From Mustelus asterias (lineage: Eukaryota), in assembly GCF_964213995.1 (NCBI RefSeq), contig NW_027590136.1, positions 1,302,001 through 1,366,000 on the forward strand: a DNA stretch of 64,000 nucleotides. The letters are read 5' to 3'. A program made the translations under genes and the position numbers. Under the pieces are notes generated by a model. That model was not told the origin of the DNA, did no database searches, and was given only the letters and a program-made list of their open reading frames with translations. The stretch's first letter is position 1. Each line of letters starts with the position of its first letter. Positions 23,698 through 34,752 of this stretch are shown here, one piece after another.

Positions 23698-26604
23698 TCA
23701 AGCTATCCCACTCCCTACCATCCTGGTGTGCTCCATGTGCCTATCCAATAACCGCTTAAATGTTCCTAAAGTGTCTGACTCCACTATCACTGCAGGCAGT
23801 CCATTCCACACCACAACCACTCTCTGCGTGAAGAACCTACCTCTGATATCCTTCCTATATCTCCCACCATGAACCCTATAGTTATGCCCCCTCGTAATAG
23901 CTCCATCCACCCGAGGAAATAGTCTTTGAACGTTCACTCGATCTATCCCCTTCATCATTTTATAAACCTCTATTGAGTCTCCCCTCAATCTCCTCCGCTC
24001 CAGAGAGAACAGCCCCAGCTCCCTCAACCTTTCCTCATAAGACCGACACTCCAAACCAGGCAGCATCCTGGTAAATCTCCTCTGCACTCTTTCCAGCGCT
24101 TCCACATCCTTCTTATAGTGAGGTGACCAGAACTGCACGCAATATTCCAAATGCGGTCTCACCAAGGTCCTGTACAGTTGCAGCATAACCCCACGGCTCT
24201 TAAACTCCAACCCCCTGTTAATAAAAGCAAACACACTATATGCCTTCTTCACAGCTCTATCCACTTGAGTGGCAACCTTTAGAGATCTGTGGATATGGAC
24301 CCCAAGATCTCTCTGTTCCTCCACAGTCTTCAGAACCCTACCTTTGACCCTGTAATCCACATTTAAATTAGTCCTACCAAAATTAATCACCTCACATTTA
24401 TCAGGGTTAAACTCCATTTGCCATTTTTCAGCCCAGCTTTGCATCCTATCTATGTCTCTTTGCAGCCTACAACACCCCTCCACCTCATCCACTACTCCAC
24501 CAATCTTGGTGTCATCAGCAAATTTACTGATCCACCCTTCAGCCCCCTCCTCTAAGTCATTAATAAAAATCACAAAGAGCAGAGGACCAAGCACCGATCC
24601 CTGCGGCACTCCACTAGCAACCTGCCTCCAGTCCGAAAATTTTCCATCCACCACCACCCTCTGTCTTCGATCAGACAGCCAGTTACCTATCCAATCGGCC
24701 AACTTTCCCTCTATCCCACACCTCCTTACTTTCATCATAAGCCGACCATGGGGGACCTTATCAAACGCCTTACTAAAATCCATGTATATGACATCAACCG
24801 CCCTACCTTCATCAACACACCTAGTTACCTCCTCAAAAAATTCTATCAAATTTGTGAGGCACGATTTGCCCTTCACAAATCCGTGCTGACTATCCCGGAT
24901 TAATCCGCATCTTTCTAAATGGTCGTAAATCCCATCCCTAAGGACCTTTTCCATCAATTTACCAACCACCGAAGTCAGACTAACCGGTCTATAATTACCA
25001 GGGTCATTTCTATTCCCTTTCTTAAACAGAGGAACAACATTTGCCACTCTCCAGTCCTCTGGCACCATCCCCGTGGACAGCGAGGACCCAAAGATCAAAG
25101 CCAAAGGCTCTGCAATCTCATCCCTCGCCTCCCAAAGAATCCTAGGATACATTTCATCAGGCCCAGGGGACTTATCGACCTTCAGTTTATTCAAAACTGC
25201 CAATACATTCTCCCTCCGAACATCTACTTCCTCCAGCCTATTAGCCTGTAACACCTTCTCTTCCTGAAAAACATGGCCCCTCTCCTTGGTGAACACTGAA
25301 GAAAAGTATTCATTCATCACCTCGCCTATCTCTACTGATTCCATACACAAGTTCCCACCACTGTCCTTGACCGGCCCTAACCTCACCCTGGTCATTCTTT
25401 TATTCCTCACATAAGAGTAAAAAGCCTTGGGGTTTTCCTTGATCCGACCCGCCAAGGACTTCTCATGTCCCCTCCTAGCTCTCCTCAGCCCCTTTTTCAG
25501 CTCGTTCCTTGCTAACTTGTAACCCTCAGTCGAGCCATCTGAACCTTGTTTCCTCATCCCTACATAAGCTTCCCTCTTCCTTTTCGCAAGACATTCCACC
25601 TCTTTTGTGAACCACGGTTCCCTCACTCGGCCATTTCCTCCCTGCCTGACAGGGACATACCTATCAAGGACACCCAGTATTTGTTCCTTGAAAAAGTTCC
25701 ACTTTTCATCAGTGCCTTTCCCTGACAGTTTCTGTTCCCATCTTATGCCCCCTAATTCTTGCCTAATCGCATCATAATTACCTCTCCCCCAATTGTAAGC
25801 CTTGCCCTGCCGTCCGGCCCTATCCCTCTCCATTGCAATAACAAAAGACACCGAATTGTGGTCACTGTCTCCAAGGTTCTCTCCCACAACCAAATCTAAC
25901 ACTTGGCCCGGTTCATTTCCCAGTACCAAATCCAATGTGGCCTCACCCCTTGTCGGCCTATCCACATATTGTGTCAGGAAACCCTCCTGCACACACTGCA
26001 CAAAAAGTGCCCCATCCAAACTATTTGACCTACAAAGGTTCCAATCAATATTTGGAAAGTTAAAGTCCCCCATGACAACTACCCTGTGACCCCCACACAT
26101 ATCCATAATCTGCTTAGCAATTTCTTCCTCCACATCTCTATTACTATTTGGGGGCCTATAGTAAACTCCTAGCAACGTGACCGCTCCTTTCCTGTTTCTA
26201 ACTGCAGCCCATATTACCTCAGTGTGCATATCCCCCTCAAAGTGCTTTTCCGCAGCCGTTAAACTATCCTTGATTAACAATGCTACTCCTCCACCTCTTT
26301 TACCAGCTTCCCTACACTTACTGAAACATCTATACCCCGGAACGTCCAACAACCATTCCTGTCCTTGTTCTACCCACGTCTCCGTAATGGCCACAACATC
26401 GTAGTCCCAAGTAGCAATCCACGCCCCAAGTTCATCCACCTTGTTCCGGATGCTCCTTGCATTGAAGTAGACACACTTCAACCCATCTTCCTGTCTACCG
26501 GTACCCACCCTTGACCTTGATACCTTCCCCAATACCTCACCACCCTCAACACTGACTTCTGGACTACAACTCCTTTTCCCACTCCCCTGACAAATTAGTT
26601 TAAA
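23698..26604 (-). CDS. CR1 ORF2p (endonuclease-reverse transcriptase); no AUG before the endonuclease motifs, start inferred at the frameshift site
   Basis: Uninterrupted: NARS, ITETW, GDFN, SDH, PGNYRPVSLTS, QGSVLGP, FADD. Confidence 0.9.
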   Translation of the reverse strand, partial: FKLICQGSGKRSCSPEVSVEGGEVLGKVSRSRVGTGRQEDGLKCVYFNARSIRNKVDELGAWIATWDYDVVAITETWVEQGQEWLLDVPGYRCFSKCREAGKRGGGVALLIKDSLTAAEKHFEGDMHTEVIWAAVRNRKGAVTLLGVYYRPPNSNRDVEEEIAKQIMDMCGGHRVVVMGDFNFPNIDWNLCRSNSLDGALFVQCVQEGFLTQYVDRPTRGEATLDLVLGNEPGQVLDLVVGENLGDSDHNSVSFVIAMERDRAGRQGKAYNWGRGNYDAIRQELGGIRWEQKLSGKGTDEKWNFFKEQILGVLDRYVPVRQGGNGRVREPWFTKEVECLAKRKREAYVGMRKQGSDGSTEGYKLARNELKKGLRRARRGHEKSLAGRIKENPKAFYSYVRNKRMTRVRLGPVKDSGGNLCMESVEIGEVMNEYFSSVFTKERGHVFQEEKVLQANRLEEVDVRRENVLAVLNKLKVDKSPGPDEMYPRILWEARDEIAEPLALIFGSSLSTGMVPEDWRVANVVPLFKKGNRNDPGNYRPVSLTSVVGKLMEKVLRDGIYDHLERCGLIRDSQHGFVKGKSCLTNLIEFFEEVTRCVDEGRAVDVIYMDFSKAFDKVPHGRLMMKVRRCGIEGKLADWIGNWLSDRRQRVVVDGKFSDWRQVASGVPQGSVLGPLLFVIFINDLEEGAEGWISKFADDTKIGGVVDEVEGCCRLQRDIDRMQSWAEKWQMEFNPDKCEVINFGRTNLNVDYRVKGRVLKTVEEQRDLGVHIHRSLKVATQVDRAVKKAYSVFAFINRGLEFKSRGVMLQLYRTLVRPHLEYCVQFWSPHYKKDVEALERVQRRFTRMLPGLECRSYEERLRELGLFSLERRRLRGDSIEVYKMMKGIDRVNVQRLFPRVDGAITRGHNYRVHGGRYRKDIRGRFFTQRVVVVWNGLPAVIVESDTLGTFKRLLDRHMEHTRMVGSGIA

Positions 26605-27521
26605 TCCCCCTGAAGAGCCGTAGCAAATTTCCCTCCCAGGATATTGGTGCCCCTCTGGTTCAGGTGCACCCCGTCCTGTTTGTAGAGGTCCCACCTTCCC
26701 CAGAACGTGTTCCAATTATCCACGTATCTGAAACCCTCCCTCCTGCACCATCCCTGCAACCACATGTTTAAGTGCACTCTCTCCCTGTTCCTCAACTCGC
26801 TATCACGTGGCACCGGTAGCGTACCAGAGATGACCACATGTTTTGTCTTTGCTCTCAGCTTCCAGCCGAGCTCCCGAAATTCCTGTTTTAAATCCCGGTC
26901 CCTTCTCTTACCTATGTCGTTGGTACCAATGTGTACCACGACTTGTGACTGTTTCCCCTCCCCCTTAAGAATCCGGAAAACACGGTCCGAGACGTCACGG
27001 ACCCTGGCATCCGGTAGGCAACAAACCATCCTCGAGTCTCTTTTGCTGCCACAGAACCTCCTATCTATCCCTCTAACTAACGAGTCCCCAATAACTATTG
27101 CCCTCCCGCTCTCCTCCTTACCCTCCTGAGCCACAGGGACGGACTCAGTGCCGGAGATCCTCTCACTGCGGCTCACCACTGGTATGTCGTCCCCCTCAAC
27201 CGTATCCAAAGCGGAATACTTATTGCTAAGGGGAACGACCACAGGGGATCCCTGCACCGACTGCTTCTTCCCAGCCCCTCTCACCGTCACCCATCTATTT
27301 TCATTCCGCGGAGTAACTGTATCCCTGAAGCTTCTGTCTATGGCCATCTCTGCATCCCTAATGATCCTAAGTTCCTCCAACTCCAGCTCCAGTTCCCTTA
27401 CACGGTTTTGGAGGAGCTGCAGATGGATGCACTTCTCACAGGTATAATCAGCAGGGACACTGACGTCGTCCCTCACCTCGAACATAGTGCAAGAGGAACA
27501 TTGCACTGCCTTCACACCCAT
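26595..27521 (-). CDS. CR1 ORF1p (zinc finger/leucine zipper/SGNH esterase)
   Basis: ATG start; CSSC..CEKC, RELELELEEL, GDSLVRG, HIGTND, DGVHLN. Confidence 0.92.
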   Translation of the reverse strand: MGVKAVQCSSCTMFEVRDDVSVPADYTCEKCIHLQLLQNRVRELELELEELRIIRDAEMAIDRSFRDTVTPRNENRWVTVRGAGKKQSVQGSPVVVPLSNKYSALDTVEGDDIPVVSRSERISGTESVPVAQEGKEESGRAIVIGDSLVRGIDRRFCGSKRDSRMVCCLPDARVRDVSDRVFRILKGEGKQSQVVVHIGTNDIGKRRDRDLKQEFRELGWKLRAKTKHVVISGTLPVPRDSELRNRERVHLNMWLQGWCRREGFRYVDNWNTFWGRWDLYKQDGVHLNQRGTNILGGKFATALQGDLN

Positions 27522-28187
27522 CCCCTCTAGATACCTTGCCAGTACCAGGTAGAAACAGCAAAAAATGAATTAACTCACCCCTGCTCGCCCAAGCCCTGTG
27601 AGCCAAAGCCCTACAGCTTTCACTCTGCCTCCTGCTCACTCTGCTGCCCGCTAATGAGGCTGAAAACTGCAAGTTAAGCACTTTTAAACCCTCCAAAAAC
27701 CTTCCCAGACTCCTGCTGGGCCCACTTCCTGTTTTAAAAAAAACCTCCGATTTTTTACACAAATTTAACTTAAAATAAATAAATAAATGTAGTGAACAAA
27801 CCAACTGCCTTCTCCTCAGCCTGGTCCTGTGGAATATTGAATATTTTGGTTTCAGACAGCAGATAATCAAACTCCCAGCAACAGACTGTCTATTACTGAC
27901 TTTATTAACAGCACTGCAATAATACAGATTAATTCCAAATTAGTTCCTTAACGAAGTAGTTAAATGATGGCATTCATTTGTATTTCAGAGTCAGTAATAT
28001 AGGAATGGTGTACTGGTCTTTAATTTCGATACAATTTTAATTCAATGTTCCTTCTTTCAATATCCTTTCCACCACTTCCCCGTTACCTGATTAATTTGAG
28101 ATACCAGCAGACACAATGTAAATCACAGTTGCTGTGGGCAATTGACGTGTTTGTGGCGTCAGTTTCTGAATATCAGGGCATCGGAGC

Positions 28188-28260
28188 GTTTCTGTAGTGT
28201 CGTGAGTATCACGGTCGCTTTACACGCGAAAGGGTTCCTGTTCGATCTGGGGCAGGAATA
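28188..28260 (+). pseudogene. tRNA-Val pseudogene (anticodon TAC)
   Basis: gtttctgtagtgtcgtgagtatcacggtcgctttacacgcgaaaggg.. matches the vertebrate tRNA-Val body with many mismatches. Confidence 0.75.
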
Positions 28261-28965
28261 TTTACCAGAAAAACAGAAATTTCTGGAAAAACTCAGCCGG
28301 TATGATAGCATCTGTGGAGAGAGAGTGGAACCAACATTTCAAGTCTGGATGACCCTTCGTCGGACTTCCTGATTCGACACAACGGCTCGATTCTCTCATC
28401 ACAAGTGCTGGCAGACCTGCTGAGATTTTCCGTTATTTTCTGTTTGTGTTTCAGATTCCAGCATCAGTAGTATTTTATTTTTACAAAAACATTTCCAAAT
28501 GTTATCAATTTCAGAGTGATTGGGCTTTCAGAATTCTTCGCACATTTGTCACGAAACTGAGCTGTGGATTATTTTCAAACAACGAACGTTGCAGTACAAT
28601 TATCACTTTCTCTCTGATGGTTCGAAACAGGAAAGAAATATTTCCAAGTACTTTACAATTCGGAGTGAGGGAAAAGTTTCGTAAATCACTGGCAGTGTAA
28701 ACGGTAAAATCTGACCTATTACCAGACAGATTTTACCTTGCAACAACATCTCAATCGTTCGTACTTTGCAGTCTTAATTCACCAGAAATGTTCCACACCC
28801 AGAAGCACGCTGCACCACTATCCAAAGCACTGCGTTGCTTTCAAAGGCAATCTCTCCTCTTAAAAGGTTGCACACTCTCACTCGATAATGGTGAAATGTG
28901 ACAGACAAATAGATAGATAACGAGGTAGAGAGAGAGAGAGAGAAGAGAGAGAGAGATGAATAGAT

Positions 28966-29189
28966 NNNNNNNNNNNNNNNNNNNNNNNNNNNNNNNNNNN
29001 NNNNNNNNNNNNNNNNNNNNNNNNNNNNNNNNNNNNNNNNNNNNNNNNNNNNNNNNNNNNNNNNNNNNNNNNNNNNNNNNNNNNNNNNNNNNNNNNNNNN
29101 NNNNNNNNNNNNNNNNNNNNNNNNNNNNNNNNNNNNNNNNNNNNNNNNNNNNNNNNNNNNNNNNNNNNNNNNNNNNNNNNNNNNNNNNN
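28966..29189. other. Assembly gap (224 N) flanked by (GA)n and (GGAT/GGAC)n microsatellites
   Basis: Run of N in the sequence. Confidence 0.99.
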
Positions 29190-29342
29190 GGATGAATGGA
29201 TGGGCGGATGGACGGGCCAACGGACGGATGGATGGATGGGGAGAGGGAGAAGGACGGACGGAGGAATGAACGGACGGAAAGGAACATTTCGTTGACTGAG
29301 AATAAATAACATTCACATTAGTTCAGCCTATGCGCAAAATTT

Positions 29343-32300
29343 TTAAAAATTAACACATTGTTTGAGTGGATATTTCACCAAATTCTTTAACTCGGCTCTG
29401 ATTTTACTCTGAGTCCCAGCATAAATCAATGGGTTAATGCAGGAACACAAAAACAGAAGCATATATCCAGTTTCCTCAAGATTAAATGTATTACTGAAAC
29501 CAGAACCTGAGAAATACGTACCTTTCGCAATTCGGACATAGATGATAGTTATAAAAAATAACAAGTATAACAGGATGAAATTTCCCGAAATGGTGAAGAG
29601 TAAAACAATGGACTTTTTCCGCTTCTCCACCTCTGGGTCACTCTGATTCTTTCCATTGTTCTGGGCCCGGAGTCTCCTGCGGGCTCTATTGGCCGCTAGA
29701 ATGTGTCTTACAGTAAGAGCATTCAGCAGCAAAATCAAAATGAATGGAAGGATAGGAGTGACAATACAACGCATCAAGTCATAAGCAGCCCAGAAAGGGG
29801 ATGTGTAAAATATTAACTTTACGTTGCCGAACCAGGGTACATCGTTAATTATGTACAGGGGTTCATAAATAAAGTACACAAAGACATTTTTTACACAGGC
29901 GAGTGTGGACACGATTCCAATGACCCACGTGGCCACATTTTCATTACAATATTTAACTTTGAGCTTCTGGCAACAAATAGCCACAAATCTATCAAACGTG
30001 AAAGCGACGGTTAACCAGACAGAGTTGTCCATGGCGGTAGAATGTAGGACTGTACGGACGCTGCAAACTGGTGTTACAGACAAAAAGCTCAATGGAAAAA
30101 AGATTCCCGCAATCCGGTTTAATATCACAGCAGATATTATGAGCAGGAGATCCACCACCGCTATGGACACAAGGTAATACGTGATACATCTGGAGAGACC
30201 ACAACTTTTTCTTGCGAGGACCAAAATCACTGCTGTGTTAGCTGTAATAGAGGGAAAGAGATTGTGAGAATTTGTGCATGACGAAGCATGGGAAGTGGAA
30301 CATTCATCGCAACAAAACAATCCATGATGTTGCATTCTGTGTGATGTATGCAAAATTTATACCTGATCTCAGGGACACTTGTTTCTGCTTAATAACAATA
30401 TCTTTATTAATAATAAGGAATGTTAACGAAAGTGACTGTATTTTTAATGAGAACTGAGAGAGGAATAATGCGAAATGGAAAGAATATCAAAACCAAAACT
30501 GAATAATTAAATGCACAATACAATGACATGTAAACAAGTAATTCAAAAATATTGGAGAAGATAAATTGGAAAATATCCAATAATAAGTGCGGAAGTTAAT
30601 ATGGTCACGGATTATATTTCAATGCGTATTAAATATGGCTCCATGAATGACAGCAAAATTATTTACTTTTGGAAACGTTTGCAGTGAATTTTCTCGAATA
30701 AATCCTCAAACAAAGGCAAATAAAAGGACAATTGTTAGCAGTTGTCGGAACTTGCAGATTTAGGAAGCAGCGCCAAGACTGAATTGTATCCCTGATAATC
30801 ATCTGAAATATCCGGTGAAATATAAAACGAGAGATTTGACGAGTTACTTTGCTTGACTCTTTGCAGAGAACAGAACAATTTGAAACGATGCTGGGTTCTG
30901 GGACAGAAAGGAATCAAGCAATCAGGAGCAGCAAATGTGAAATATGATTCCCGGGCTGAGCCAATGAGTGTTTGGCACTGGGAGCAGGCACAGATTGTTG
31001 TTAGTTCGGGATAAATAACAATCATTCATCAAAGGGTAACTGTTTGCATTATTTCAGCCTTCTACATATCCATCCCTGACGTTCGGTCAGAACAACGGGC
31101 GGCACGGTAGCACAGTGGTTAGCACTGCTGCTTCACAGCTCCAGGGTCCCGGGTTCGGTTCCCGGCTCGGGTCACTGTCTGTGTGGAGTTTGCACATTCT
31201 CCTCGTGTCTGCGTGGGTTTCCTCCGGGTGCTCCGGTTTCCTCCCACAGTCCAAAGATGTGCGGGTTAGGTTGTTTGGCCAGGTTAAAAATTGCCCCTTA
31301 GAGTCCTGGGATGCGTAGGTTAGAGGGATTAGTGGGTAAATATGTGGGGGTAGGGCCTGGGTGGGATTGTGGTCGGTGCAGACTCGATGGGCCGAATGGC
31401 CTCCTTCTGCACTGTAGGGTTTCTATTCTATTCTAACATCCCATCCATGCCCTTCTGTCCGCCCTGTCCCTGTAATCCCGCGCATTTACCATTGCTAATC
31501 CAACTAACGTACACATCCATGGGCATTAAGGTGCTTCTTTACGCGGCAAATCTACATAACTTGCGCAGTTTTGTATTCTGGGCACCTGGAGGAAACCCTC
31601 ACGCACACATGCGAAGAATATGCAAACTCCACTCAGACAACACATCTCTGGAATTGACCCCCTGTTTATTGTGCTATGAGGCAGCAGTGCCAACCACAGT
31701 GTACCTCTGCTGCTCAGTTTGAGAATTCGCCCAAAGGAATATTGTCAACGCCAACACAACAATCATAATAACTTTATAAACAAAAAACATAAATAACAAA
31801 ACATAAATAACAAAATTGAATTGTGTTTAACCATTATAACAGAACGGAAATGTAAATCAGAATGAATAACACAGTAAAACTTCGACTGTCAGATGTTACT
31901 GGTGAATGGGACAGGTTATATTACCAACTGATGAAATGGTACCTGTCACAGCACGGTTGTATAAGGTTAACACGGTGAAATCATGTATTTAATGTGAAGA
32001 AACTACGGTGGGGAGGACGTAAAATTATACCGTTAAATTTGTAGAATTTATGGAATGAACATCGAAAAATTATGTCAGGGAATAGTTAAATTATAATGCC
32101 AAATAAGGAATTGTCTGCTGAAGTAGAAACGGGACATTTTCGAGGAATACGTTAAAGGGCAGAAAACAGAACTTTGACGGGGAAACCTATATCCCTTTCA
32201 ATGAGAGGAGGAACTTGGTGCTGTTGAGATAAGGTGGTAATAAAGTGGAGGAATTAATGCAACCAAACAATATTTTTCGCCAGCAACTAAATAACTGAGA

Positions 32301-32378
32301 TATTTTACCTGAAACTCCAATAGCTGCTATGACTGGATAATAAATGGCAAACACCAGACCTTCTGGTATTCCATGCAT
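29343..32378 (-). CDS. Two-exon class A orphan GPCR (GPR139/GPR142-like), 322 aa; exon 1 32378-32309, exon 2 30241-29343
   Basis: MHGIPEGLVFAIYYPVIAAIGVS|ANTAVILVL; phase-1 GT..AG intron; seven hydrophobic segments, FTFDRFVAICC, CINPLIY. Confidence 0.88.
31097..31435 (+). mobile_element. Full-length HE1/V-SINE-like tRNA-derived SINE in the GPCR intron
   Basis: A/B-box head ggtagcacagtggttagc..gggttcggttccc, V-core tgtgtggagtttgcacattctc, CR1-like 3' tail gggccgaatggcctccttctg..ttctattcta. Confidence 0.88.
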
Positions 32379-32622
32379 TTCTTACAGAAGCGCTGATCGC
32401 GGTCTGCACTACATTGAAAAATTGTTACATTTATACGCGATGTCATGCTCCAGGGAGATAATTAGGTTGCTTGATCTTTCGCATTAATTAAATTTAAAAG
32501 AACAAAGAGATTATTGCAACAACGGCAAGGTGACACAATGGTTAGCACTGTTGCGTCACAGCGCCAGGGACCCGGGTCCAATTCCGGCCTCCGGTCACTG
32601 TCTGTGTGGAGTTTGCACATTG

Positions 32623-32712
32623 TAACCCGAACCCTAACTCTAACCTTGACACTAAAACTAACCCCAACCCGAAATAACTAACTAATCCGAACCCTAACAT
32701 TAACCCTAACCC
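32623..32712 (+). repeat. Degenerate (CCCTAA)n telomere-like tract
   Basis: aaccctaactctaacc..aaccctaacattaaccctaaccc. Confidence 0.6.
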
Positions 32713-34487
32713 TCGGTGACATAAAGCCAATAAAAAAAACAAGAATACGGACTTTAAAAAGGGGAAAGGAAATAATCCAAAATGAAACAAAGAAGATATT
32801 CCACCACTTAAAAAGCAAATAGTCTCGTCGACAGAGAATAATCTCTCCCTGAGCTACAGACAAAAAGATTCATTGCATCCCCCAGAACACAACACCACCC
32901 AGATGATACGAAGCACCCACCCCCACGCCCCCCCCCCCACAGCACTACACGTACCCAAAACCATCAAAAAGACACCCTGCCCCACAAATAAAACCCCACT
33001 ACCCAAGCCCAACACCATTACAAAAGATGTCCCACCAACCCTCTGCTTGGTTCACCTCGACCCTCCCACTTTCCCCCTCACGAATCAATAAGAAAAACCA
33101 GGAAGAAGCTTCGCTCCCTTACCCTCCACGCTCCTGACCAGACCATATACAAGGACGAGAGGCAACCACACTTGAAGACTTATTGACTGCCAGACACTGC
33201 CAAAGCCTCCAAAAAGAGACCAAGAGACCACCACTGGCACAGAATATCACAGAGGGAAAAAGGAATATCCCTCCCCCACAAATACCAGGAATGCAACGCA
33301 AGGACTGAACCAGGAACCAAAATATTAAAAGAGGTTACCACACAGGGCATAAGGGGACAACAGAGATTCGAAAGCAGAACCAAAAAAACAAACACCCGCC
33401 CATCCAAGCAAAAAACATCCTCAACCCGCCCTAACCACAGAACCATAGATTGAGGGAACACAAAACTGAGAACACAGCACACCGTTTCCCTGTCAGTCAA
33501 TGATTGGGAAGGGGTGAATTCAAAAGCTACAGAGAACCAATGCGTTTCAACAGCTTCCTGTCACTCCGGGACAAGAATTGGCGCTACTTAAGGCCATATG
33601 CAGTACAGGTGGAGAGGGGAAACTTCCTTTACCCGCAGAGGTAGCACGGAACACGAGCTGAACACAGAGCACTCACTCACCCCAAAATTGCTGGACGACA
33701 CACTATCCGAAAAGGCCACGAAAAGCACACGAAGGACAGGACAGTGAGAACAACTCTCCCTTCCCTTGATGAAGCGTAAGGAAGCAGCGAAACCGGTCGG
33801 GATGCAAGCTAAATAAGCAAGATTAAACCCCAGTTGGGACTCTACTGGAGAGGAAATGTAAGAATGGCCTGACACTATCCACCGCCAGCCTTGGAAGTGG
33901 GACGAATGGGAGCTAAATGAACCTCAGCTGGATCTGGCCTTGGCATCCTACAGCCCTAGGGTGAGTGAATTTTCCACATCCACACAAAAATAAAGACTCT
34001 CAGACCGTGTGCCCTGGACACGGTCCGCGGATTGACATAGGTTCACCTTAATCAATGGGGCTAATCCAAAACACATAGGGACCTAAAAGAACGGTAGAAA
34101 TAATCGACTCGGCGAAGTGTAAACCACTAAAACAAAATATAAATCTGTATTTTTTTCATGTAAGATATAAAATGGAGGACAGAATGGCCACATGGCGACT
34201 CTGTACAATCCACGGGCAGGTCTCGGAAAAATATCAATCATTAAGTATTCGATCACCCGAATCAATAGGACAAACCTGGACACAGGATAGCTTGTCGCAA
34301 CTAACAAACGGGCTCTCCCTTAAACATGCGAATGTCTATATTCTTTGAATCACCTTGAACAATGGAACGAACCCTGGTCACAGAGTAACACACAATAACT
34401 GACAGATGAAACTCTCCTAAGAAGGGCAACAACTAACCCACTGGATCACTTTAAAATGATACAATACATGTGAAATCATTAATTTAT

Positions 34488-34752
34488 GGGCCGGGACGGT
34501 GGCACCGTGGTAAGCAGTGCTGTCTCACGGCGTCAGAGACCCGGCTTGACTTGGACCATTGTGCAGAGTTTTCACGTTCTCCCCGTGTCTGCGTGAGTTT
34601 CCTCCAGGTGCTCCGGTTTCCTCCCACACTCCAAAGATGTGTATGTTATGTGGATTGTCCGTGATAAATTCTCCCTCAGTGTACCCTTTCACAGTAACTT
34701 AATTGCATCGTTAATGTAAGCCTATTGGGACACTAATTAAGAAATAAATAAA
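34488..34752 (+). mobile_element. V-SINE-like SINE, degenerate
   Basis: Shares head and core with 31097-31435. Confidence 0.7.

Larger units (their letters stand above)
23617..27835 (-). mobile_element. Full-length CR1 LINE with both ORFs uninterrupted
   Basis: 5'UTR, ORF1 308 aa, ORF2 open for ~965 codons past the ORF1 stop, tail (ttctatg)n. Confidence 0.96.

Noticed and set aside
5618-27447. Numerous antisense ORFs over the CR1 elements
   Set aside because: Shadow frames of ORF1/ORF2 with no independent motifs
28774-29316. ORFs with X runs
   Set aside because: Artefacts of the assembly gap and flanking microsatellites
30242-30353. Cys/His-rich N-terminus of the 336-aa GPCR ORF
   Set aside because: Lies upstream of a strong splice acceptor; intronic read-through
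31097-31170. tRNA-like heads of SINEs
   Set aside because: Part of the SINEs, not tRNA genes
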